From a virus (Duplodnaviria > Heunggongvirae > Uroviricota > Caudoviricetes): a stretch of DNA of 45,710 bases. This document shows, in pieces, positions 31,753-41,348 of this stretch (position 1 is its first letter; each line of letters begins with the position of its first letter). The notes beneath the pieces are model-generated. The model saw nothing but the letters and a program-made list of their open reading frames with translations, was not told the origin of the DNA and ran no database searches. Position numbers and translations under genes: made by a program. The DNA is taken from the IMG/VR virus record IMGVR_UViG_2526164664_000035, one strand, 5' to 3'.

Positions 31753-31928
31753 GAGTCACCTCTGGTTGAGAGTTTACTCACTTAGTCCTGTGTCCACTAT
31801 TGGTGGGTAAGATCAGATCAACGAAGAGAAGATCAGCATATATGCACTAGAAACCAAAATATCGAGCCAAGGCAATTGTTAACTTGCGTGGACAGATGCT
31901 CGTTATGTATTAAAATCCCATTGCTTAG

Positions 31929-34289
31929 TCACGAAGATAATGATCGTATGGCTTCCTTAAGGGCTGGTGAGACACGTTGATTAAGTGCTTCATTAGCCCA
32001 GTCGGATTGCACGGGTATTCTACGCAATATCACTGTGTTTAAAGCAGCAAACAAACGATGCAGTAAATGTATAGAACCGGTCGCGATAGCTGTATCCACC
32101 CACTGGTCCGCATAGAGCCATGGGGCTGAAAATAAATCAGCCATCGCCTGAGTAGCAACTTCAATAGACGCTTTTTCTAGGCAAAGAACATCACCCTGAT
32201 CGCCAAAATTATGCTCAAAGTAAGGCAATCCTTCTATATTCGTGCGAATTAGAGGAAATGGGCAGCGCCCAATGCTCAGTAAAATATAGGCGTCTATACG
32301 CTGATCATCGTCACCCACCTCTGCTGACGGCAGTTTCGCTAGTTGCCCGAGTATCATCCAACTGGTTGATTTAGAAATGACCTTTGGGATTTGATCCTCT
32401 AAATTCACCAGAACACTCTTTGCATCATCCCCGTGTTTAGAAATCCACGCTAATCCATCCTCAATCTTTAGATTGACTTGTTGGTTGTCTGGCATGGCTA
32501 AAGTAAACAATCCGTTTTTTATAGGTTCTTTATATGGCTCAATGCTGAGAAGGCCCTGAATAATTCCAAAGCTGAAATATCTCTCTTTAGCTGCCATACG
32601 GCGTATGGCTTGAGCACCGATCATATCTCCAAGATAAGTGGCGTCTAGCCGTTCGCCAAGCCAAGCCCCGGCGTCTTGAGGGTCTTGTTCTGCCCGTAAA
32701 ACCAGTTCATCACAAACAGCATCCGACAGTTCCAGAAGGTAAGCTGCGGGAACTGTCGGCACCACAACATCTTCCCATCCTGAAAGGCGAAAAATACGAA
32801 CTGCCCCCATATGTTTTAACTCATTCACTACACCACGAGCTTCGTCAGAAAGTGCGTCATACCGCACGACAAATCCATTCGCTTTAGCAAACATTAATTC
32901 TACTGAGTGGGAGTTTGTGTCAGCTAGTGCGCAGCGTGCAAGAACCCGATAATAACGAAGAAGATCATACTGACTCTCATAGCTCTTTTGCGCAGCATCT
33001 ATAAGTTCCATACCGGGTGATGGAGGAAGATAGGCGATAAGATCCGTTTTCTGGTATTGATGATTGCGCACAATGTCATCATAAATAGTGCGAAGAACCC
33101 AAGGCGAGCGGTAGTCATCGGCGTATTCTGCTCCCTGTTGAAAAACTATCCGCTGGTCCGAGAGAATCTGTTGCGCCAGCTTAAATTCATCTAGGGACAT
33201 AGGCGATGTTTTAAATACCTTCGACCGGCTACCAATTGCAGACGGAGTTCGTCCGTTTGGATTTTTCAGTAACGCGTTGGCATGATAGGTCGTCAGAACA
33301 ACCACCAGCCTGTTGCCAAAACGTATACCCGCAAGTTCCTCAAGATCAGTAGCCATTTGGGAGCCTGGTTCAACGTCGTCGATAGCAAGCATAAGCGATG
33401 GACCTTCAGTGCAGTTAGACATTCGTCTTAACCAGTTACGTGCATCATTTGAGGTTAAATTCCATTCAAATTCAGCTGCAAAAAGATTGGCCAGAGCCTG
33501 AAATAGTCCTGGTCCGGAACCTCGTAACATCAGGACAGCCAAAAGATCGCTACTTTCCGTTTTTAGCGAAATTTCACGGAGGCAACTGCTTTTTCCGCTT
33601 TGTGCATCACCCTCAATGATAGTGAAAGCTGTACCCATCACAGCAGATTCAATTACAAGAGACGTGATTTTGCGAGGAAAAAGTAGGTTGTTGGCAAATG
33701 GATGTTCTGAATGCCCAGGCTGATCAGTTATATCAATCAGCAGCCGGGCTGTTTCTTCTCGCACAGCTGGCACCCAAGCATTAGTTTCTCGCCCCATCAA
33801 GGCTTCAATAGCCCAGCGCATGTCAGCCGCCGCCAACTTTGCAGAATTGGCGAGCATCTTGTTTACCGCTGCCGAGGCATCCTGTCCACCCGACCACTGT
33901 TGTCCATTACTTGAGTCATAAACGCGCGTATCTTTACCGTTCGTAACTACAACGAGAGGCGGACGTGGTGTTAACTGGTTAGCGTAGCTTTGAGCCTGTT
34001 CATAATCATCATGGGTCAGTGTCAGGTCTTCACGTTTCAGTTCAATAACCGCAAGTGGTCTCTCCCGATGAAAGATCAAAACATCCGCTCGCCCGTATTT
34101 TTTCCAGTGTGCGGCGCTATCTATTTTGTAAGTTCCATGGCCTAGCCGAACGGTAAAATGGCGCTGTTCGATAAGATCTTCGCGAGGAATGTTAGGAAAT
34201 GCTATGTTTAGTGCTGAAGTAAGCCGGCTTTCTAGCTCGGCTTCAGTTCGAACGAGTGGAGAGCCCGTTTTTGATTGCATACTTTTCAT
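31929..34289 (-). CDS. Unclassified nuclease-NTPase fusion protein (N-terminal PD-(D/E)xK-like domain plus P-loop NTPase); candidate defence protein
   Basis: 786 aa. N-terminal ...GRADVLIFHRERPLAVIELKRED (D...E-x-K, HsdR-N/Mrr-like pattern); Walker A GDAQSGKSS; Walker B-like LMLAIDDVE; long C-terminal region without recognisable motifs. GAGGA RBS 9 nt upstream. Confidence 0.55.
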   Translation of the reverse strand: MKSMQSKTGSPLVRTEAELESRLTSALNIAFPNIPREDLIEQRHFTVRLGHGTYKIDSAAHWKKYGRADVLIFHRERPLAVIELKREDLTLTHDDYEQAQSYANQLTPRPPLVVVTNGKDTRVYDSSNGQQWSGGQDASAAVNKMLANSAKLAAADMRWAIEALMGRETNAWVPAVREETARLLIDITDQPGHSEHPFANNLLFPRKITSLVIESAVMGTAFTIIEGDAQSGKSSCLREISLKTESSDLLAVLMLRGSGPGLFQALANLFAAEFEWNLTSNDARNWLRRMSNCTEGPSLMLAIDDVEPGSQMATDLEELAGIRFGNRLVVVLTTYHANALLKNPNGRTPSAIGSRSKVFKTSPMSLDEFKLAQQILSDQRIVFQQGAEYADDYRSPWVLRTIYDDIVRNHQYQKTDLIAYLPPSPGMELIDAAQKSYESQYDLLRYYRVLARCALADTNSHSVELMFAKANGFVVRYDALSDEARGVVNELKHMGAVRIFRLSGWEDVVVPTVPAAYLLELSDAVCDELVLRAEQDPQDAGAWLGERLDATYLGDMIGAQAIRRMAAKERYFSFGIIQGLLSIEPYKEPIKNGLFTLAMPDNQQVNLKIEDGLAWISKHGDDAKSVLVNLEDQIPKVISKSTSWMILGQLAKLPSAEVGDDDQRIDAYILLSIGRCPFPLIRTNIEGLPYFEHNFGDQGDVLCLEKASIEVATQAMADLFSAPWLYADQWVDTAIATGSIHLLHRLFAALNTVILRRIPVQSDWANEALNQRVSPALKEAIRSLSS

Positions 34290-34503
34290 GACAAAGTATC
34301 CTCAGATATTAGTCATTGGCTAAGTTTTTATTTCACTTACTACCTTTCCAGATTAATGCGAAGACGCATAGCATTGGATTAACGGATGTGAAATGGATTA
34401 TTGACAAGCAAAGTAACTTTTTCCGCATAACTATCAATTGATTAGCTGAAGAAAGGGAATATGATTTAGTTCACTCAGGTTTCTCCAGCACGATGTGCAG
34501 ATG

Positions 34504-34784
34504 CTAAAGCCACGATTAATTCTAAAGCAGATTAATATAACCCTGAAACAGGCAGAGCTGGAAACGCCTGTATCGGAAGTATGCCGCATGACCGCCCCCG
34601 ATAACTCACACCGAATGCCAATAGGAATGTCAGCCCCTCGCTCATAGCAGACCTTCGGGCCTGGCAGCTTAGTGCCAAGAACACTCCCCAGTGGCCTATC
34701 GGCAAGTGTAAGCGTACGAATATCGCCTCCGTGCTACACAGTAGACGACTACATTTTCGACGCATGAGCAAATCGTGGCTTTAG
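34504..34784. repeat. 253-bp segment bounded by perfect 14-bp inverted repeats (CTAAAGCCACGATT / AATCGTGGCTTTAG)
   Basis: Inverted repeats at 34504-34517 and 34771-34784, read directly; located in the 643-bp spacer between the membrane-protein gene and the nuclease-NTPase gene. Confidence 0.5.
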
Positions 34785-34932
34785 TTGTCTAAAACCAGTG
34801 CTTCAACACTTTTTTTTCACCAAACAACGCATCGTAGAAGCACTAGTTGGATTCCACAGGCTTACGTAAACAAATAGCGCTAACGGCTAAGCTGGTCCAT
34901 TAGACGCTCAATCATCCTCGCAAGAGGTATAG

Positions 34933-35949
34933 TTACTCGATGCCCAGAACAAATGACATTAACAAATCTAGCTTTATTTTCATGTCTGCAGTTGCCGAAG
35001 CCGCATTAACCTGCGGCAAGGCAAGCCATCTGTTTACGGCATCGGAGTTGAATCTCTGCTGCCTTAGGAACGAAGATACCGACGTTTCCCAGGAAAAGAT
35101 TTCACCCCCACAAAGTTCGACGGGCTGCTGAGAGCAGGCTCGCTGAATAGTCATTCCCAAACCGACGTAGCGGAGAAGCTCACGTCGCACATTCTCATCT
35201 TTTTGCATGACTGGTGCATCCAGTTTCGGTTTCGGTCCAAAGTACACTCCGGTAGTACCTGGTTGTAATGTCGGGTCACTGGAAAAATAAACCGGAACTC
35301 CCATCAATTTAAATGCCGCTGTCAAAATTTCATAACTAATGTCTGATCGACTCCAACGGCCCATGTGGGGTGGTACTTTTGGCAAACCGACCAGATCATC
35401 GCCACGGCTTACAATCGATACCCCCTCAACTGGCACGGATGGTTGCATTCTGAATACAGCGTCAGAATCGATTTCCCAGCCAGCTTCGCTTAACAATCGC
35501 AAAAAATTACCAGCAGCCACGCACGATGATTCACTCCACTCAACACAACCGATGCGCAGCTTGTCCCGCTGACCGAACTGTCCTGTTCGAAATAATTCGA
35601 GGTATCTGTCGCGATTGGAACTATTAACGGCATATGCATCAATCACAGTAGGCGGTACAGGTTTACTTGCAGATTCAGGATTTTGTTGAAGCAAATCTGG
35701 GCTTATGAAAAACACTATAGCGAAGATCGCCACTGCGCCAGATGCTCTTAACCACCCATTAAATTTTACTTCAAGGAAACCAGGCAGAACTGCACCAATA
35801 CATCCGGCAGCCAGAACCAGAACTATTCGGTAAACTATATATTGATAAGGTGTGGGATTGGGGGTTGTGATAGTAGTAATGAGTATGGCAACTATCGCCA
35901 CAACCGCAAAACCATACCTAATGAACTTGTCTGTCCTTACACTGCTCAT
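34933..35949 (-). CDS. Membrane protein of unknown function (three N-terminal TM helices plus ~240-aa soluble domain)
   Basis: 338 aa; hydrophobic segments YGFAVVAIVAILITTITT, IVYRIVLVLAAGCIGAVLPGFL and ASGAVAIFAIVFFISP; co-directional with and upstream of the nuclease-NTPase gene. Confidence 0.5.
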   Translation of the reverse strand: MSSVRTDKFIRYGFAVVAIVAILITTITTPNPTPYQYIVYRIVLVLAAGCIGAVLPGFLEVKFNGWLRASGAVAIFAIVFFISPDLLQQNPESASKPVPPTVIDAYAVNSSNRDRYLELFRTGQFGQRDKLRIGCVEWSESSCVAAGNFLRLLSEAGWEIDSDAVFRMQPSVPVEGVSIVSRGDDLVGLPKVPPHMGRWSRSDISYEILTAAFKLMGVPVYFSSDPTLQPGTTGVYFGPKPKLDAPVMQKDENVRRELLRYVGLGMTIQRACSQQPVELCGGEIFSWETSVSSFLRQQRFNSDAVNRWLALPQVNAASATADMKIKLDLLMSFVLGIE

Positions 35950-36421
35950 TTTAATTTTGACACCTGAATCAAGTCCATAAGTCGAAAATCCCGCATTAAA
36001 CTGCTCCCCAATGATTAATACAGCTTTATACGCGTAATGAGGCTATTGGCGTTGGTGATGAGTGTAACTGTCCATTCCTCGCTCAGAGCAACCTTCTGCT
36101 CCAAGAGTCAGTCTACAGTGTGCAAAAAACAGACGTTGATCACAATATCGAGTTAATCATTCGGCCGTTTATCACTCCCATTGAAAAATTTCTCAGTATC
36201 CAATATACCAATGTTGAGGGCTTCCCTCTTACATCTCAAAAGGATAACTATCATGGGTCTTAAACCTGGTCCAAAACCAATTGCTAAATCGACAGGAAAA
36301 CCAGATCAACGCCGACGAGATAATAAAGATACTCCTGGCAACACTCCGGGACTAAAGCCAAGTAAGTCGTAACCGGCTCATTTAAACCGTCTGGTCTGTT
36401 TCCTCCGGCTCTACAAAAATA

Positions 36422-37099
36422 ATGTCCATCATTTTTAATGGACACTATCGTATGAAACACCGGACCTGGATCACTGAAGCTTTACGTCTTCACTTTGAAG
36501 AACATTTACCCCGGGTTGTGGCCGGGCGTCGCCTGGGTGTACCAAAATCAACAGTTTGTAGTATGTTCGTGCGCTTTCGGAGAGCTGGCCTTTCGTGGCC
36601 TTTGCCCGCAGGCATGTCGGAGCAGGAACTTGATGCCTGCCTTTACGGACAATTTTCCACGGTACCAGTCGTACGTCCTGAAAGCACCGTTATATCCGAA
36701 GCCCCCGTGGTAAAAAAACGTCCCCGGCGGCCCAACTTCCCTTATGAGTTTAAAATCGCCTTAGTGGAGCAGTCACTGCAGCCCGGAGCCTGTGTGGCGC
36801 AGATCGCCCGGGAAAACGGAATCAACGATAACCTGCTCTTCAACTGGCGCCATCAATACCGGAAAGGTGGCCTGCTGCCTTCCGGAAAAAATATGCCGGC
36901 ACTGCTTCCCGTGACGTTAACGCCGGAGCCGGATAATAAAATCCCGGCCCCCGCACAGGAACCAGAGCAGATAAATACACCGTCCGACAGTCTGTGTTGT
37001 GAGCTGGTTCTGCCGGCCGGAACTCTCAGGCTTAAAGGTAAACTGACGCCGGCGTTATTACAGACACTTATCCGCGAAATAAAAGGGAGCAGCCACTGA
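36422..37099 (+). CDS. IS66-family accessory protein TnpA (orf1)
   Basis: First ORF of the IS66-type cassette; HTH-like region. The true start may be the downstream Met (MKHRTW...). Confidence 0.7.
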   Translation: MSIIFNGHYRMKHRTWITEALRLHFEEHLPRVVAGRRLGVPKSTVCSMFVRFRRAGLSWPLPAGMSEQELDACLYGQFSTVPVVRPESTVISEAPVVKKRPRRPNFPYEFKIALVEQSLQPGACVAQIARENGINDNLLFNWRHQYRKGGLLPSGKNMPALLPVTLTPEPDNKIPAPAQEPEQINTPSDSLCCELVLPAGTLRLKGKLTPALLQTLIREIKGSSH

Positions 37100-37446
37100 T
37101 GATATCTCTCCCTGCAGGTTCGCGTATCTGGCTGGTTGCAGGTATCACCGATATGCGAAATGGCTTTAACGGCCTGGCATCAAAAGTTCAGAACGTCCTG
37201 AAGGATGACCCGTTCTCCGGACACCTGTTCATCTTCCGCGGACGCCGGGGTGACCAGATAAAAGTGTTGTGGGCTGACAGTGACGGACTGTGCCTCTTCA
37301 CCAAACGCCTGGAGCGGGGCCGCTTCGTCTGGCCAGTCACCCGTGACGGCAAGGTGCACCTTACTCCGGCTCAGTTATCCATGCTTCTTGAAGGTATCAA
37401 CTGGAAGCACCCGAAACGAACGGAACGCGCTGGAATCCGCATATAA
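37099..37446 (+). CDS. IS66-family TnpB (orf2)
   Basis: 115 aa, MISLPAGSRIWLVAGITDMRNGFNGLASKVQNVLKDDPFSGHLFIFRGRRGDQIKVLWAD, the hallmark IS66 Orf2 sequence. Confidence 0.85.
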   Translation: MISLPAGSRIWLVAGITDMRNGFNGLASKVQNVLKDDPFSGHLFIFRGRRGDQIKVLWADSDGLCLFTKRLERGRFVWPVTRDGKVHLTPAQLSMLLEGINWKHPKRTERAGIRI

Positions 37447-37465
37447 CCCGTTGTAAAGTGAGGAT

Positions 37466-39037
37466 ATGGACACCTCACTTGCTCATGAGAACGCCCGCCT
37501 GCGGGCACTGTTGCAGACGCAACAGGACACCATCCGCCAGATGGCTGAATACAACCGCCTGCTCTCACAGCGGGTGGCGGCTTATGCTTCCGAAATCAAC
37601 CGGCTGAAGGCGCTGGTTGCGAAACTGCAACGTATGCAGTTCGGTAAAAGCTCAGAAAAACTTCGTGCAAAAACCGAACGGCAGATACAGGAAGCACAGG
37701 AGCGAATCAGCGCACTTCAGGAAGAAATGGCGGAAACGCTGGGTGAGCAATATGACCCGGTACTGCCATCCGCCCTGCGCCAGTCTTCAGCCCGTAAACC
37801 GTTACCGGCCTCACTTCCCCGTGAAACCCGGGTTATCCGGCCGGAAGAGGAATGCTGTCCTGCCTGTGGTGGTGAACTCAGTTCTCTGGGATGTGATGTG
37901 TCAGAGCAACTGGAGCTTATCAGCAGCGCCTTTAAGGTTATCGAAACACAACGTCCGAAACAGGCCTGTTGCCGGTGCGACCATATCGTGCAGGCACCAG
38001 TACCTTCAAAACCCATTGCACGCAGTTATGCCGGAGCGGGGCTTCTGGCCCATGTTGTCACCGGGAAATATGCAGACCATCTGCCGTTATACCGCCAGTC
38101 AGAAATATACCGTCGTCAGGGAGTGGAGCTGAGCCGTGCCACACTGGGGCGCTGGACAGGTGCTGTTGCTGAACTGCTGGAGCCGCTGTATGACGTCCTG
38201 CGCCAGTATGTGCTGATGCCCGGTAAAGTCCATGCTGATGATATCCCCGTCCCGGTCCAGGAGCCGGGCAGCGGTAAAACCCGGACAGCCCGGCTGTGGG
38301 TCTACGTCCGTGATGACCGTAACGCCGGTTCACAGATGCCCCCGGCGGTCTGGTTCGCGTACAGTCCGGACCGGAAAGGTATCCATCCACAAAATCACCT
38401 GGCCGGTTACAGCGGTGTGCTTCAGGCCGATGCTTACGGTGGTTACCGGGCGTTATACGAATCCGGCAGAATAACGGAAGCCGCGTGTATGGCTCATGCC
38501 CGGAGAAAAATCCACGATGTGCATGCAAGAGCGCCCACCTACATCACCACGGAAGCCCTGCAGCGTATCGGTGAACTGTATGCCATCGAGGCAGAGGTCC
38601 GGGGCTGTTCAGCAGAACAGCGTCTGGCGGCAAGAAAAGCCAGAGCCGCGCCACTGATGCAGTCACTGTATGACTGGATACAGCAACAGATGAAAACACT
38701 GTCGCGTCACTCAGATACGGCAAAAGCGTTCGCATACCTGCTGAAACAGTGGGATGCACTGAACGTGTACTGCAGTAATGGCTGGGTGGAAATCGACAAC
38801 AACATCGCAGAGAACGCCTTACGGGGAGTGGCCGTAGGCCGGAAAAACTGGATGTTCGCGGGTTCCGACAGCGGTGGTGAACATGCGGCGGTGTTGTACT
38901 CGCTGATCGGCACATGCCGTCTGAACAATGTGGAGCCAGAAAAGTGGCTGCGTTACGTCATTGAACATATCCAGGACTGGCCGGCAAACCGGGTACGCGA
39001 TCTGTTGCCCTGGAAAGTTGATCTGAGCTCTCAGTAA
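37466..39037 (+). CDS. IS66-family transposase TnpC
   Basis: 523 aa with N-terminal leucine zipper ([26 protein letters not shown]), CxxC zinc finger (CPACGG...CCRCDH) and DDE region (LWVYVRDDR...). Confidence 0.9.
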   Translation: MDTSLAHENARLRALLQTQQDTIRQMAEYNRLLSQRVAAYASEINRLKALVAKLQRMQFGKSSEKLRAKTERQIQEAQERISALQEEMAETLGEQYDPVLPSALRQSSARKPLPASLPRETRVIRPEEECCPACGGELSSLGCDVSEQLELISSAFKVIETQRPKQACCRCDHIVQAPVPSKPIARSYAGAGLLAHVVTGKYADHLPLYRQSEIYRRQGVELSRATLGRWTGAVAELLEPLYDVLRQYVLMPGKVHADDIPVPVQEPGSGKTRTARLWVYVRDDRNAGSQMPPAVWFAYSPDRKGIHPQNHLAGYSGVLQADAYGGYRALYESGRITEAACMAHARRKIHDVHARAPTYITTEALQRIGELYAIEAEVRGCSAEQRLAARKARAAPLMQSLYDWIQQQMKTLSRHSDTAKAFAYLLKQWDALNVYCSNGWVEIDNNIAENALRGVAVGRKNWMFAGSDSGGEHAAVLYSLIGTCRLNNVEPEKWLRYVIEHIQDWPANRVRDLLPWKVDLSSQ

Positions 39038-39067
39038 ATATCAATACGGTTCTGACGAGTCGCTTAC

Positions 39068-40210
39068 GGTTATCCGGACTGTACGTGAAAAGCATGCCTG
39101 TACTCAGTGCGATGCCATCGTGCAGGCCCCCGCGCCTTCACGGCCCATCGAGCGGGGTATCGCAGGACCGGGGCTGCTGGCCCGCGTGCTGATCTCAAAG
39201 TATGCAGAGCACACCCCGCTGTACCGCCAGTCTGAAATGTACGGCCGCCAGGGCGTGGAGCTGAGTCGTTCACTGCTGTCGGGCTGGGTGGATGCATGCT
39301 GCCGGCTACTGTCACCGCTGGAAGAAGCGCTTCAGGACTATGTGCTGACTGACGGTAAGCTCCATGCTGATGACACGCCTGTCCCGGTGCTGTTGCCAGG
39401 CAATAAGAAAACGAAGACCGGGCGGTTATGGACCTACGTTCGTGACGACCGTAACGCCGGGTCAACGCTGGCGCCGGCGGTGTTGTTCGCTTACAGCCCG
39501 GACAGAAAAGGCATCCATCCGCAGACCCATCTTGCGGGGTTCAGTGGTGTACTGCAGGCGGATGCATACGCCGGGTTCAACGAGCTGTACCGGGATGGCC
39601 GGATAACGGAAGCCGCCTGTTGGGCTCACGCCCGCCGTAAAATCCACGATGTGCACGTTCGCACCCCGTCAGCCCTGACGGAGGAAGCGCTGAAACGGAT
39701 CGGCGAACTGTACGCCATCGAGGCAGAGATAAGGGGAATGACGGCGGAGCAGCGCCTTGCCGAACGTCAGTTGAAAACGAAACCGCTAGCTGAAATCCCT
39801 AGGAAACGCTGGCTGCGTGAAAAGATGAAAACCCTGTCGCGACACTCAGAACTGGCGAAAGCGTTACGCATACGCCCTGAACCAGTGGCCGGCGCTGACG
39901 TACTATGCAGATGATGGCTGGGCTGAGGCGGACAATAACATCGCTGAAAATGCGTTGCGGATGGTCAGTCTGGGCCGCAAAAACTACCTGTTCTTCGGTT
40001 CGGATCATGGAGGAGAGCGGGGAGCGCTGCTGTACAGCCTGATCGGGACGTGCAAACTGAACGGAGTGGAGCCAGAAAGCTACCTCCGCTATGTCCTTGA
40101 CGTCATAGCCGACTGGCCGATAAACCGGGTCGGCGAACTGCTCCCCTGGCGCGTAGCACTGCCGACTGAATAACACATCCCCGTCAATACGGTTCTTGCT
40201 GCACGCTTAC
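39068..40210 (+). mobile_element. 5'-truncated second IS66-family copy (remnant) abutting the first
   Basis: Begins mid-tnpC at a point aligning with ~37934 of copy 1; ends with an IS66-type terminus ...GTCAATACGGTTCTTGCTGCACGCTTAC at 40210. Confidence 0.7.
39120..40173 (+). pseudogene. IS66-family transposase fragment (N-terminally truncated, internal frameshift near 39900)
   Basis: ORFs 39120-39914 and 39955-40173 together align with the C-terminal two-thirds of TnpC ([23 protein letters not shown]...; ...[22 protein letters not shown]). Confidence 0.8.
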
Positions 40211-40613
40211 CAGTAACTTCAGCTACCGTCGTTTCATCTCTCCCACGAACCGGAGCCGCAACTTGTTGCATCACAGGGCTGACAAGTGAACTGAAATCCG
40301 CACCTTAATATTCTGACTGGCTGCGTACATTCATTGCATGAAGCGGCCGGAGCGGCTGAGCTGAAGGTCCGTTGTGAGCGAGAAGCGGAAGTCCGAAATG
40401 GTGCTTATTACTATAGGGGAGTGATCGTCTATCGGGGTGGGGTCAGTCTAATTAACGACCCTGGAGACGTCCAGATTATCCTTAGCGATTCAAACCTTTT
40501 TACGAGACCCAAAGATTTGATACTCAAAATCTCAGACATAAACCATCTAAACATACGGCTTACTATCATGATGATAGGGGAACGGCTAGCAAAGGGTCAA
40601 ATTATCTTGATAA

Positions 40614-40946
40614 CTAATAAAAGTTCTTTACATCCATAAAATCCATGATGTATTTATCTAATCCTTTGCGATTGAAAAAACCGAAACTTTCAAAGTCTTT
40701 TATTATTTTCCAATCACTAAATACGTATGCCAAACATACCAAATGAAGAAATTTCACAGGCATAGTATAATTTGCTATTTCGTAATATCTTTCTTTGTGG
40801 TTTTCTGGGCAAGATTCATTTGTGAATTTAAATAGAATATAAAAACTACGAACCGCAGAAAAGAGAGCCATAGAGGATTCATTATCAAAAATAGAAAATT
40901 GTTTGCATAATTCTTCTGCATTTTTTGACTTACATGAGTTTATCAT
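40614..40946 (-). CDS. Hypothetical protein, last gene of an AT-rich three-gene cluster
   Basis: 110-aa ORF 18 bp downstream of the 2-TM protein gene, same strand, strongly AT-rich; no motif recognised. Confidence 0.35.
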   Translation of the reverse strand: MINSCKSKNAEELCKQFSIFDNESSMALFSAVRSFYILFKFTNESCPENHKERYYEIANYTMPVKFLHLVCLAYVFSDWKIIKDFESFGFFNRKGLDKYIMDFMDVKNFY

Positions 40947-40963
40947 GTAACTCTCTAAATAGG

Positions 40964-41347
40964 TTACCGCATCTGAGGCTGAGTAGTTTTTTTATTTCTA
41001 CCAGTTATTCTGAGGGCATCAAACTCTCTTCTAGATACTTCAGCGAGGCTATAAAACGATGATTCAAAAGAGCGCAAGTCATCAATTTCTTTTTGTCTTT
41101 CTGAAACCTCATGCATGTGCAAATTTTGTTTAATAATGCTGATGTTAGCCTCTTTTTGTAAGTTTATTGATTTAATTAACATAATCATTGTAAAAAATGT
41201 CAAAATGGGGTTGGTTACGCCGCCAACGAAATCACCAAATGTTCCCCATTCAGACTTATCAATTGGAAAACCATTTAACGGATCGAAATTGAAGAAATAA
41301 ATCAACCATGTAACTGATATAACTAAAAAGGCAACATACTTTATCAT
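40964..41347 (-). CDS. Small two-TM membrane protein (candidate membrane effector)
   Basis: 127 aa; two hydrophobic helices (YVAFLVISVTWLIYFF; VGGVTNPILTFFTMIMLI) and a charged C-terminal tail; its start overlaps the stop of the upstream gene. Confidence 0.5.
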   Translation of the reverse strand: MIKYVAFLVISVTWLIYFFNFDPLNGFPIDKSEWGTFGDFVGGVTNPILTFFTMIMLIKSINLQKEANISIIKQNLHMHEVSERQKEIDDLRSFESSFYSLAEVSRREFDALRITGRNKKTTQPQMR

Positions 41348-41348
41348 A

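Larger units (their letters stand above)
30583..31815 (-). mobile_element. IS3-like insertion sequence, decayed (orfB frameshifted)
   Basis: Terminal inverted repeats TGATCCTACCCACGTAATGTGGACAC (30583-) and ...GTGTCCACTATTGGTGGGTAAGATCA (-31815) match remembered IS3 ends; 1233 bp; flanking triplets differ, so no clean target-site duplication. Confidence 0.85.
36362..39067 (+). mobile_element. IS66-family insertion sequence (three-ORF type), apparently intact
   Basis: tnpA-tnpB-tnpC order; right end ...ATCAATACGGTTCTGACGAGTCGCTTAC at 39067; left end GTAAGTCGTAACCGG at 36362 is an imperfect inverted match, so the left boundary is approximate. Confidence 0.75.

Noticed and set aside
34532-34771. 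79-aa ORF inside the inverted-repeat-bounded segment
   Set aside because: Begins with a non-ATG start, has no RBS, is Cys/Arg-rich with low complexity, and exactly fills the non-coding interior of the repeat-bounded element.
34504-34784. Retron msr/msd non-coding RNA (inverted repeats resembling a1/a2)
   Set aside because: No reverse transcriptase gene anywhere in the window, so a retron is unsupported; kept only as a generic repeat-bounded element.
37617-38928. Multiple overlapping ORFs on both strands within the IS66 tnpC gene
   Set aside because: Alternative frames of a confidently assigned transposase gene in GC-rich sequence; Arg/Pro/Ser-rich low-complexity translations.
40334-40639. 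101-aa plus-strand ORF just after the IS66 remnant
   Set aside because: Starts in GC-rich IS-flanking sequence and ends in AT-rich DNA with no RBS; Gly/Arg-rich low-complexity translation.
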